Below, one piece after another: positions 19,256 to 29,045 of a stretch of 64,000 nucleotides of DNA. The DNA comes from Escherichia phage PECP20, in the sequence record OQ873415.1. The stretch is one strand, 5' to 3'. Both the position numbers and the translations under genes were made by a program. How positions within the stretch are numbered: position 1 is the stretch's first letter; the number at the start of each line of letters is the position of its first letter. The notes under the pieces are model-generated. The model was not told the origin of the DNA and did no database searches. It worked only from the letters and a program-made list of their open reading frames with translations.

Positions 19256-19869
19256 TACTTAACGAAATTAATTTCCACCGGATGAACAACAGGTTGAGCA
19301 GTGATATATTGAGTAATTGCTTTCATGACTAGAGCTTCAGAACCAGGATTTTTCTCAACGAATTCACGTGCTTGGTTATGAGCTTCGAGTTCACTCAATA
19401 ATCCGGAACGTTGGCATCCACGGTCTTGAGTACCCTGTTCAGATAAAAAGACGACGATGTATTTTTCATCGTCATACGGTTTAGACGGTTGAGCAAATGT
19501 TCCTTTACTTCCAAAAGGAGAGTTATGACGCCACATCACGCCGTGAGGAGTTTCAACCTTCGTATATTCGTGCGGGCCATTTTTCTTAATTTCTTGATGT
19601 GGAACTTCATAGACCTTAGGGTTAGGACATTCAATAAAATGCTCATCTAAATCGGTCGAGAATATTAAAGTAAAACAATTACTGAATTTACCAACACCTG
19701 CCTGATAAATTTTACCTTCAGAAGTTCTAATTTCACAAACCGAGCCAGCATCAGTAACTTCTAAAACTTCAAAAGGCTCGATAAGGTCATATGAGAACAT
19801 GTTTTTAAGGCGTGGAGTAATATCCCCATTTTTAAAATTCATTTTATAAAAAGTATTAACTTTAAACAT
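19255..19869 (-). CDS. hypothetical protein (204 aa)
   Basis: ATG at 19869 with SD GAGGAAA; the track start at 19899 lies inside the upstream terminator hairpin. Confidence 0.5.
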   Translation of the reverse strand: MFKVNTFYKMNFKNGDITPRLKNMFSYDLIEPFEVLEVTDAGSVCEIRTSEGKIYQAGVGKFSNCFTLIFSTDLDEHFIECPNPKVYEVPHQEIKKNGPHEYTKVETPHGVMWRHNSPFGSKGTFAQPSKPYDDEKYIVVFLSEQGTQDRGCQRSGLLSELEAHNQAREFVEKNPGSEALVMKAITQYITAQPVVHPVEINFVK

Positions 19870-19881
19870 AATTTCCTCACT

Positions 19882-19897
19882 GGGAGCCGAAGCTCCC
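19882..19897 (-). terminator. GC hairpin with GAAG/CTTC loop between accessory genes
   Basis: GGGAGCTTCGGCTCCC on the minus strand just after the upstream stop; weak U-tract, so possibly a partial terminator. Confidence 0.4.
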
Positions 19898-19904
19898 AAT
19901 TAAT

Positions 19905-20270
19905 TTAGATATCAAATTCATTAAGAACTACATCAAAGATTGCTTCGAGATGTTCAGGTTTAGCTCGGTTACTCAGGATATGACGAATCCAGGTTTTAAC
20001 CAGAAGTTTACGATTAACACCATTCCAGCAAGGATGAGTACCTAAATCGCGCTGACGGAAATCATCATCTAATGCAATTTTAAAATTTGAACCTTCCATC
20101 GTGATTGAAACCGTGATGCCATTTTCAAATCGCATATAAACATAATTAGGAGTCATGCACTGTTCGATTTCACAAACTGTACCGTTTTCGTGTTTCCATA
20201 AGCAAATAACTTCAGAAGAACCAGCGATACCGTTAGAAACATATTTACGTTCGAAGTTGATGTAGTTCAT
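19905..20270 (-). CDS. hypothetical protein (121 aa)
   Basis: ATG at 20270 preceded by SD GGAGAA and an early promoter cassette. Confidence 0.5.
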   Translation of the reverse strand: MNYINFERKYVSNGIAGSSEVICLWKHENGTVCEIEQCMTPNYVYMRFENGITVSITMEGSNFKIALDDDFRQRDLGTHPCWNGVNRKLLVKTWIRHILSNRAKPEHLEAIFDVVLNEFDI

Positions 20271-20300
20271 TTTATTCTCCAGATGTTTAAGTTGTTTGTT

Positions 20301-20340
20301 GGTACAGGTATATAATAACATATCCTGTACCAAAGTAAAC
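20301..20340 (-). promoter_or_regulatory. early promoter embedded in a palindrome
   Basis: Minus strand GTTTAC (plus 20335-20340); inverted repeat GGTACAGG/CCTGTACC (20301-20308 and 20324-20331) flanks the AT-rich -10 region. Confidence 0.45.
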
Positions 20341-20344
20341 TGTT

Positions 20345-20713
20345 TTATGCAACTTTAATCCAATTGTCTAAATTTAAAACACCTTTGGCTTTCATTTTTT
20401 CGATCAGGTTATCTGCTGTAATGCGTCCATTTTGATACCATGTAACATCTTCAGAGTAACCAGTTTCTTCGTCAACATATGTTTCTGAGCGAATTTTACC
20501 GGTAATAATAGTTTTTAATTCGTATGTGTCACCTGTGAAAAAGTTTGCTAACACAATTTTCCAAGAGAAATCATTTGAAGGACCTTCAGGGGTCATACAA
20601 CTTACGAACTCAAATTGCTCTTTGTATAACATCCACTGGAATTCTTTAATTTCGATAGCTTTATAACCGTCGTGTTCTTTACATTTGATGTATGAGTTCA
20701 GATTGATTTTCAT
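20345..20713 (-). CDS. hypothetical protein (122 aa)
   Basis: ORF with its own upstream promoter cassette. Confidence 0.5.
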   Translation of the reverse strand: MKINLNSYIKCKEHDGYKAIEIKEFQWMLYKEQFEFVSCMTPEGPSNDFSWKIVLANFFTGDTYELKTIITGKIRSETYVDEETGYSEDVTWYQNGRITADNLIEKMKAKGVLNLDNWIKVA

Positions 20714-20755
20714 TTTATTCTCCAGTTTGTTTTATTGATTAGGTGGTACAAGTCT

Positions 20756-20784
20756 ATAGTAACACATCCTACAGGAGAGTAAAC
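20756..20784 (-). promoter_or_regulatory. early promoter
   Basis: Minus strand GTTTAC (plus 20779-20784), 17 nt, TACTAT (plus 20756-20761). Confidence 0.45.
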
Positions 20785-20810
20785 ATCTTTTTAAACTTTT
20801 TCTGCCCTAA

Positions 20811-20838
20811 ACGCACAAAAGGGAGACCGAAGTCTCCC
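20811..20838 (-). terminator. rho-independent terminator
   Basis: Minus strand GGGAGACTTCGGTCTCCC then TTTTGTGCG; the 24 nt including the hairpin are identical to the gene 32 terminator at 35551-35573. Confidence 0.65.
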
Positions 20839-20843
20839 TAAAA

Positions 20844-21023
20844 TTATGCAACAACCTTTCCAAAACGAGAAGCATCATCTCGAAGAACTGCACGTGCTCT
20901 GCGCATGATCTTCTCAACTGTTTGATTAATACGAGAGTTCGACCCACGCTTGTATCCAGCGCGTTTAGAGGTACCATCAACTTTCTTTTCAACTGCTTTC
21001 TTTGCTTTAGCTTGTTTTGCCAT
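20844..21023 (-). CDS. small highly basic protein (59 aa)
   Basis: Hand-translated minus-strand ORF MAKQAKAKKAVEKKVDGTSKRAGYKRGSNSRINQTVEKIMRRARAVLRDDASRFGKVVA, ending 5 nt before the terminator hairpin; absent from the track because it is under 60 aa. Confidence 0.5.
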   Translation of the reverse strand: MAKQAKAKKAVEKKVDGTSKRAGYKRGSNSRINQTVEKIMRRARAVLRDDASRFGKVVA

Positions 21024-21286
21024 TATAAATTCTCTTTAAATGAAAATGCAGGACTTATTGACATTGCCTGCGCAAGCCCTCATGGGGAACATAGGTTTTG
21101 GATATTTAACGACAGGATAACCATAAACCCGTCATCATACCAACCACGACTTAGACAGATAACCTTTTTCTGACGCGTGATAGTACAAAATACATTCAAG
21201 AGGTACACCGTAAAACTGCCGGGGTCTTAAAACTATAATGATTCGCAAATCATTAATCAGACAATTCGACGGCTCCTCGATTTAAC

Positions 21287-21535
21287 TTACTTCAGGGTAA
21301 TAACAAAATGACGTACTGCTTTACGAGCTGCTGAAGCCAAAGGCTTAGCATATTTCAGTTCATCTTTTGCTTCCAGTTCAGCAGCCAGAGTAGCCTGAGC
21401 AGGATTCAGATGTTTGAAATATCGCAGGATTTCCAGTGCTTCGGCTTCAACATCAATTGAAGCGCCGTAGTTTTCGTGACCGTTATTCCATGCGTTGCGT
21501 TGCAGATCAAGAGCGTGTTGTAGTTGTTTAATCAT
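21287..21535 (-). CDS. rIII: rIII lysis-inhibition accessory protein
   Basis: 82 aa; MIKQLQHALDLQRNAWNNGHENYGASIDVEAEALEILRYFKHLNPAQ, T4 rIII-like. Confidence 0.9.
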   Translation of the reverse strand: MIKQLQHALDLQRNAWNNGHENYGASIDVEAEALEILRYFKHLNPAQATLAAELEAKDELKYAKPLASAARKAVRHFVITLK

Positions 21536-21651
21536 TTTAAATTCTCAATTCGAGATAATATTTAGTAGCCACGTTCGTCTGAATTTCACCTTCTTTCGAC
21601 AAGTCTCTCAGTTGTAGGCTACCGCTTAGAAGAGTGTTCTCTTCATATAGT

Positions 21652-21659
21652 TATTTATA
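21652..21659 (-). promoter_or_regulatory. late promoter (TATAAATA) upstream of rIII
   Basis: Plus-strand TATTTATA at 21652-21659, abutting the gene 31 stop. Confidence 0.45.
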
Positions 21660-21992
21660 TCACTTATAAAGACACGGAATAGCTTTATAGTGGCATGTTA
21701 CGAATTTCTGTTTAATTTCTTTAGGTTGTTTAAGTCCCAAAGCCACAAATGGATGTGGAACATTTCGAATTTGTCCAACTGGTAGTGGAGTCAAATCACC
21801 GACTTCAACAAAACCTTCAGGAACATCAGGACCTACAGAATGAACTACACATAGTTCAGGAACTTCACCTTGAACACGTTTACCAATCACAAGTCCTGAT
21901 TCGGTAACTTCTTCATCACCTGCTTGAGCGGGTTCAGAAACCAGAATGACATATTCACCAACAGCACGAATTGGGAGTTGTACTTCAGACAT
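21660..21992 (-). CDS. 31: gp31 co-chaperonin (GroES analogue)
   Basis: 110 aa; [60 protein letters not shown], near-identical to remembered T4 gp31. Confidence 0.95.
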   Translation of the reverse strand: MSEVQLPIRAVGEYVILVSEPAQAGDEEVTESGLVIGKRVQGEVPELCVVHSVGPDVPEGFVEVGDLTPLPVGQIRNVPHPFVALGLKQPKEIKQKFVTCHYKAIPCLYK

Positions 21993-22049
21993 CTTATTTC
22001 CTTGTTGTTTGACGATAGATTAATAATACCATACTATTCGTAAAGCATA

Positions 22050-22358
22050 TTACATAAGAAGCAAACGTTCGACCGGAGTACCATCAACCGAAATTACTTT
22101 ATCAAGGCGGAAAGAACGCCACTGACCTAACTTGGTATCGAATGCTCGAACTGATTCACGAGGTTCATAACGAACTTCTGTTGCCGGATTGTTATTTTCA
22201 TATTTGACTTCAAGTTCATCGCGCGAAGCAAACATAGTGCGTACATCACCGTTAGCCTTTTCAAATACAACACAATGAACGCCTACAGACAGAATAGTTT
22301 TAATACGTTCACGAAGAACCATAGTTTCTTGTTCAGTTAAAATCATATTATTCACCAC
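22050..22358 (-). CDS. hypothetical protein, 31.1 position (102 aa)
   Basis: ORF between cd and gene 31. Confidence 0.6.
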   Translation of the reverse strand: MVNNMILTEQETMVLRERIKTILSVGVHCVVFEKANGDVRTMFASRDELEVKYENNNPATEVRYEPRESVRAFDTKLGQWRSFRLDKVISVDGTPVERLLLM

Positions 22359-22929
22359 AAAAGTTTCGGATTTGTTCCCAATTCAGAGAACGAAGATTAT
22401 TACGAGAGTACTGAATTACTTCAATGCCAGCTTGTTTTAGAATGTCTGCCCAATTTTCAGGAGATCTGTCGTATAATTCTGCGTATACGACCTTTTTAAT
22501 ACCTGACTGCGTAATAGCTTTAGTACAATCAGGACATGGAGAAAGCGTCGTATATAACGTAGCACCTTCAATAGAATTACCTTTACGAGCGGCAAACAAA
22601 ATTGCATTCAATTCTGCATGGATTTCATTATTAGCAGACCATGCACTATGAGCAGCTCGATGTTCTTTGGCTAAAACAAAATTATCTACCCGTCCAAATG
22701 CTGTAGTGCCTTCTTTATGTCCAGCAACGATGACTGGGATTGGTTTATTCTTCAACCAACCATTTTCAGATGCATGTTCGCAACAGTTAACGCCACCTGC
22801 AGGTGAACCGTTATATCCAGTAGAGATAATGCGTCCATCTTTTTCAATGACGGCACCAACTTTCCATGAACAACATTTTGATTCTTGAGAAATCAGATAT
22901 GCAATCTGAAGGTATGTGCTAGCTTTCAT
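22348..22929 (-). CDS. cd: dCMP deaminase
   Basis: 193 aa; zinc motifs HAELNAI and SPCPDC; T4 Cd-like. Confidence 0.95.
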   Translation of the reverse strand: MKASTYLQIAYLISQESKCCSWKVGAVIEKDGRIISTGYNGSPAGGVNCCEHASENGWLKNKPIPVIVAGHKEGTTAFGRVDNFVLAKEHRAAHSAWSANNEIHAELNAILFAARKGNSIEGATLYTTLSPCPDCTKAITQSGIKKVVYAELYDRSPENWADILKQAGIEVIQYSRNNLRSLNWEQIRNFCGE

Positions 22930-23921
22930 TATTGAACCTTATTAATATAAGTTAACAGCTCTTTAGTTTGTTCCCAACTGATGCACGCATCGGTAACGGA
23001 AACGCCATAGGACATATTATCAGAAATTTTTTGATTTCCTTCATGTAGGAACGATTCTATCATAATTCCTTTGACCAAATCATTAGCTGCTAAATTTTTA
23101 CCAATACCAATTTGATTGCTATAATGCCCATCAGCGTTTGCATGGCTACAGTCAACCATTACATAATGATTCAGACCTACTGCCCTTGCTTTGTTAGAAG
23201 CTTCTTGAATATCAGAAGAATGATAGTTCGGACCGTTGGTCCCGCCACGCAATACGATATGCGTATTCTGATTACCTTCAGCTTCAACAATGCCTACAGT
23301 ACCATCGACGTCCATACCCATATACCGATGAGGCCAGGCAGCACTATACATCGCGTCTGTAGCTACTTTAATAGAACCATTGGTTGCGTTCTTGAAGCCT
23401 ACGCACATCGGTAGACCTGAAGCAATTTCACGATGTGTCTGACTTTCAGTCGTACGGGCGCCAATAGCAACCCATGAGAAAATACCAGAAAGATACTTAA
23501 TCGTGAATGGGTCTAATACTTCAGTTGCTAATGGAAGTCCCATACGTAGAAGTTTACGACACAATGTTCGTGCAACTATAAGACCGTGGTTCATATCAAA
23601 ACTTCCGTCAAGATATGGATCATTTACAAGACCTTTCCAACCTACGGTAGTTCGAGGCTTTTCAAAATAAACGCGCATCACTAACAGAACATTAGGAAGA
23701 CGAGTTTGAAGTTCAGCCAGACGTTTGCCGTATTCAACAGCAGCAATAGGGTCATGAATTGAACAAGGACCTACAACAATAAGTTTGCGTGGGTCTTCAC
23801 CGTTCATAATCGAATTAACTTGTTCGCGATGAGAAGCCACTTGTGATGCGTAAGCTTCCGACAAAGGAATAATCTCAGCCAGTTCTTTTGGAGAAATAAG
23901 TTTTCCGACGACAGGTAACAT
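22929..23921 (-). CDS. class-I DAHP synthase (3-deoxy-7-phosphoheptulonate synthase, AroG/F/H family) homologue
   Basis: 330 aa with AroG signature blocks VVGPCSIHD, MRVYFEKPRTTVGWKGL, AIGARTTESQTHRE, CVGFKN, IVLRGG, MVDCSHAN, GIMIESFLHEGNQ; stop overlaps the cd ATG; SD AAGGA. Confidence 0.8.
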   Translation of the reverse strand: MLPVVGKLISPKELAEIIPLSEAYASQVASHREQVNSIMNGEDPRKLIVVGPCSIHDPIAAVEYGKRLAELQTRLPNVLLVMRVYFEKPRTTVGWKGLVNDPYLDGSFDMNHGLIVARTLCRKLLRMGLPLATEVLDPFTIKYLSGIFSWVAIGARTTESQTHREIASGLPMCVGFKNATNGSIKVATDAMYSAAWPHRYMGMDVDGTVGIVEAEGNQNTHIVLRGGTNGPNYHSSDIQEASNKARAVGLNHYVMVDCSHANADGHYSNQIGIGKNLAANDLVKGIMIESFLHEGNQKISDNMSYGVSVTDACISWEQTKELLTYINKVQ

Positions 23922-24041
23922 AACAATCCTTAGGAGATATAAACAGATTCTGATTCAACAATACCTTTAACCGGATTAGACAGGCTAAGTTGGTAGTGCT
24001 CAGATTTATGACCATTCTCGATAGTAATGAGATAGCTCTCA

Positions 24042-24278
24042 TTATAGTGTTCCATATACTCGAGTTGCTTCAACAAGACCATCACTGCCTAATTTAAGAT
24101 TAGTAATTTGGTCACCATCTTTAGGATTAACGATTATGAGAAAAGAACGTGGAGATTCTTGAATAACTCGTAATGTTGCATCTTGGAAACGTTCAGACAC
24201 TTTATTGATGAGTGCTTGAGCAAATTCTTTTACTTTAATCTGAAATTCGTGTACTGTAATTGGGTTTTCACTTAGCAT
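24042..24278 (-). CDS. hypothetical protein (78 aa)
   Basis: ORF upstream of the DAHP synthase gene. Confidence 0.5.
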   Translation of the reverse strand: MLSENPITVHEFQIKVKEFAQALINKVSERFQDATLRVIQESPRSFLIIVNPKDGDQITNLKLGSDGLVEATRVYGTL

Positions 24279-24304
24279 TTCTATTTCCTCATTTTGGTAG
24301 AGTC

Positions 24305-24334
24305 ATCATATCACAACTCTACGGTGTTGTAAAC
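24305..24334 (-). promoter_or_regulatory. early promoter
   Basis: Minus strand GTTTAC (plus 24329-24334), 18 nt, TATGAT. Confidence 0.4.
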
Positions 24335-24610
24335 TTAAATTGCAAAACATTTAATTTCTTGTGAATCGAAATCAACTTCGCACTGAATTACTAGTTCAGC
24401 ATCAAGTCCAAACACAACAATCACATGAGCCGAGCTGGGCAACAGTGTAACGGACACAGAATCCACTTGGTCAGGCACCAGCGTATTCAAAACGTAGAGT
24501 AGTTCAGAGTGGATCTTAAGCTCTGTAGCCGTGTCCAGCTTATCAAAGAAATGATTTGCGATAATCTGACTAAAAACGACCTTTACAATTTCAGAATATT
24601 TAGGGAACAT
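24335..24610 (-). CDS. hypothetical protein (91 aa)
   Basis: ORF in the cd.x-equivalent cluster. Confidence 0.5.
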   Translation of the reverse strand: MFPKYSEIVKVVFSQIIANHFFDKLDTATELKIHSELLYVLNTLVPDQVDSVSVTLLPSSAHVIVVFGLDAELVIQCEVDFDSQEIKCFAI

Positions 24611-24617
24611 AATTACC

Positions 24618-24842
24618 TCAGTGTACAGTATTTACTTTAACTCGAACAACAAATTGCTCGGTCGGTTCGCCTACAGGAACAAACTCTACATGATATTCAC
24701 CTTTGTAACGAGTATTCAGATCATTACGAATTCCTGCGAGTTTGTTGATTAATGTAGGACTCATATTAAGTCCCACTAGTTTACGAAGCATTTTGTATGC
24801 TTCATCTTCGATTTCATGATGTTTATCGTACATAATTTTCAT
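24618..24842 (-). CDS. hypothetical protein (74 aa)
   Basis: ORF in the cd.x-equivalent cluster. Confidence 0.5.
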   Translation of the reverse strand: MKIMYDKHHEIEDEAYKMLRKLVGLNMSPTLINKLAGIRNDLNTRYKGEYHVEFVPVGEPTEQFVVRVKVNTVH

Positions 24843-25013
24843 TTAACCATTCAATTGCCTGGTCGACGTTATCAAATATACCACCGTCCAAACGTTCTTC
24901 ATGCTCATAGTCCAGCACATCAATACCGAACTGTCCATTTACTAAAGGCCAGGCTACAAACAAATATTCTTTATGATGTTCGATGGCCTCAATCACTTCA
25001 TATAATCGTTTCA

Positions 25014-25014
<1 letters not shown>
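24823..25014 (-). CDS. hypothetical acidic protein (63 aa)
   Basis: ORF coupled (ATGA) downstream of pseT. Confidence 0.5.
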
Positions 25015-26100
<1,086 letters not shown>

Positions 26101-26101
<1 letters not shown>

Positions 26102-26400
26102 TATTTGATTCCTAAGAAAGCTTCAAGAATACGAATGTTGAGTTCGCGCCGGTCTTTATTAATTTCAGCAACGTTTTTATTAATTGACGTACTTCTAACG
26201 TTTGAAGAAATAAATTTAATCATATGACTTTTGAGTTGTTGCAAATCCAACCCTTTTTCTTTAGCAGCTTTACGAAGAGCTTTACCTGCTTCATCTAGTG
26301 CCTTTGCTGCATCTTCGTCATAATTGTCAAGTGACATTCCACGGCAGATATCAATATACTCATCCGACCGTTTGATGTAATTCTCTAGTAATATTTTCAT
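26101..26400 (-). CDS. hypothetical protein (99 aa)
   Basis: ORF downstream of an early promoter cassette. Confidence 0.5.
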
Positions 26401-26428
26401 TTAGATTTCCTCAATTATCCATGGGAGC

Positions 26429-26458
26429 ATTATACTCTGCTCCCGAGAGTTTGTAAAC
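26429..26458 (-). promoter_or_regulatory. early promoter with -10 inside a palindrome
   Basis: Minus strand GTTTAC (plus 26453-26458), 18 nt, TATAAT (plus 26429-26434); inverted repeat GGGAGCA/TGCTCCC (26423-26444); about 40 bp near-identical to the cassette upstream of ndd. Confidence 0.55.
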
Positions 26459-26682
26459 TATTTTACTAAAGATTCAATATACTCATGAAGAGCTTTAGTC
26501 GCAACTGCCCACTTGTTCTGATATTCATTTTTCAGATTAGCACGAGACTGAACTAACAAGCGGTCATTAGTCGGAGGCAAAGATTCTAATCGTTGAATCT
26601 GACGGCCGTAAATCATAGCCGCCATTTCAGAGTCATAGATAAGTCCTTTAAGGTATTCATGCTGTTCTTTAGTCATTGACAT
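26458..26682 (-). CDS. hypothetical protein (74 aa)
   Basis: ORF between the spanin pair and the promoter cassette. Confidence 0.5.
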   Translation of the reverse strand: MSMTKEQHEYLKGLIYDSEMAAMIYGRQIQRLESLPPTNDRLLVQSRANLKNEYQNKWAVATKALHEYIESLVK

Positions 26683-26963
26683 TTTTCCTCTTTTAAACCA
26701 CTACGATAATAACATAACATAGTCTTCTGGTCATGTACATATCTTTTTACGTCGTTTAACCAGATACGAAATTCTTGAGAGTCTTCAAATGGCATTCCAA
26801 CCCATGGATTACCATCAATAACCTTTACTTGCCATTTCTGGTTATATTCAACAATAGATTCAGGCCATTGCGGATGTAAAGTTTCTTTAGGGCTTACTGG
26901 CACATCCTGGGCACATCCAGCCAAAATGCCAATAGATAATACAACTGCGGTTAATTTAATCAT
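26673..26963 (-). CDS. pseT.2: o-spanin (outer-membrane lipoprotein spanin subunit)
   Basis: 96 aa; signal peptide with lipobox LAGC (MIKLTAVVLSIGILAGC), Pro-rich mature part; overlaps the i-spanin gene; the T4 spanins map to pseT.2/pseT.3. Confidence 0.8.
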   Translation of the reverse strand: MIKLTAVVLSIGILAGCAQDVPVSPKETLHPQWPESIVEYNQKWQVKVIDGNPWVGMPFEDSQEFRIWLNDVKRYVHDQKTMLCYYRSGLKEEKCQ

Positions 26964-27316
26964 TCTGAGAGCTTCCTGAGGTCTTCTGCAAAGGAATCGA
27001 AGGACCTGTTGATTTGTTTTTCAACCAATCCTGGTTTACTTGCCACCACGTTCTTCTTCTTCGAATCCTTACGGAGCTTTTCATTTTCAGCCTTAAGTTG
27101 GTCAACTAAAACACGGTTCTTATAAGTCATTTCTTCGATTGACTGATATTGAACTTTGAAGTCGTCTAATACTTTAGCATTGTTTTTAGCAGCCTCTTTA
27201 ACAGAAGCCAATTCAGTATTCAACGAATCAACTTTGTTGTTTAAGACAACTATTGTTACAGTAGAAACTAGAGCAAAAGCTGCTACTATAGCATAAATCG
27301 GATTTACTTTAAGCAT
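26960..27316 (-). CDS. pseT.3: i-spanin (inner-membrane spanin subunit)
   Basis: 118 aa; N-terminal TM helix IYAIVAAFALVSTVTIVVL followed by coiled-coil-like charged region. Confidence 0.8.
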   Translation of the reverse strand: MLKVNPIYAIVAAFALVSTVTIVVLNNKVDSLNTELASVKEAAKNNAKVLDDFKVQYQSIEEMTYKNRVLVDQLKAENEKLRKDSKKKNVVASKPGLVEKQINRSFDSFAEDLRKLSE

Positions 27317-27804
27317 GTTTTAATAATCTCAATGATTTCATCTCGGGATAATCCATTGATAAGAACGGTTTTCAAACCATCACACTGGATTTTGTACGAT
27401 TCAAACATTACACACAACTCTTCTGCTGTATGATACGGGCTTGAGATTCCGAGACGGTTGAATTTGTCGGTAAGAGGATCGCAAATAATATAGAATTTGA
27501 TACCTGCGATATGCACGTTAGGCTGGCTAATATTAATGAACACATTAGCGTCATATTTAGTCAAGTTGTTTTGGAGAAATTCTACCATAGCATTAACTGC
27601 TTCCGGCATCGCTTCGCGTTTCTCTTCAGCGTATCGGGTGGAATACTCTTTTTGTTTTACTTTCTTTTTAAGATTTTTGGCCAGAGTAACACGTAGGTCA
27701 GTAAGATAACCAACTGGACGTCCTTTCTTAAAGACTCGGATTCCGTCAGTTGTGTCTCCAAAAGCGGTTACGACCATATCGTTAGTAATCAATTGCATAT
27801 TCAT
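27304..27804 (-). CDS. alc: Alc, inhibitor of host transcription
   Basis: 166 aa at the T4 alc position upstream of the spanins; T4 Alc is 167 aa. Confidence 0.75.
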   Translation of the reverse strand: MNMQLITNDMVVTAFGDTTDGIRVFKKGRPVGYLTDLRVTLAKNLKKKVKQKEYSTRYAEEKREAMPEAVNAMVEFLQNNLTKYDANVFINISQPNVHIAGIKFYIICDPLTDKFNRLGISSPYHTAEELCVMFESYKIQCDGLKTVLINGLSRDEIIEIIKTCLK

Positions 27805-27834
27805 AATTTTCTCCTCGTGTTGTTGATAAAAGCC

Positions 27835-27864
27835 ATAGTAATACCTTCCTTGGTGTTTGTAAAC
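27835..27864 (-). promoter_or_regulatory. early promoter for alc
   Basis: Minus strand GTTTAC (plus 27859-27864), 18 nt, TACTAT (plus 27835-27840), then CAACAACACGAGGAGAA RBS block. Confidence 0.5.
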
Positions 27865-27866
27865 CG

Positions 27867-29000
<1,134 letters not shown>

Positions 29001-29045
29001 TCAGTTAGTTTTTTAAATTGTACCACAATCCTTGTGGTATGTAAA

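Noticed and set aside
20807-20992. 61-aa minus-strand ORF in the track
   Set aside because: It overlaps in another frame the 59-aa basic ORF that starts with ATG after an intergenic region and stops just before the terminator; the track ORF would run through the terminator hairpin
21024-21286. tRNA gene in the rIII-proximal non-coding region
   Set aside because: No cloverleaf with conserved T-loop (GTTCRANYC) or D-loop features found by eye on either strand
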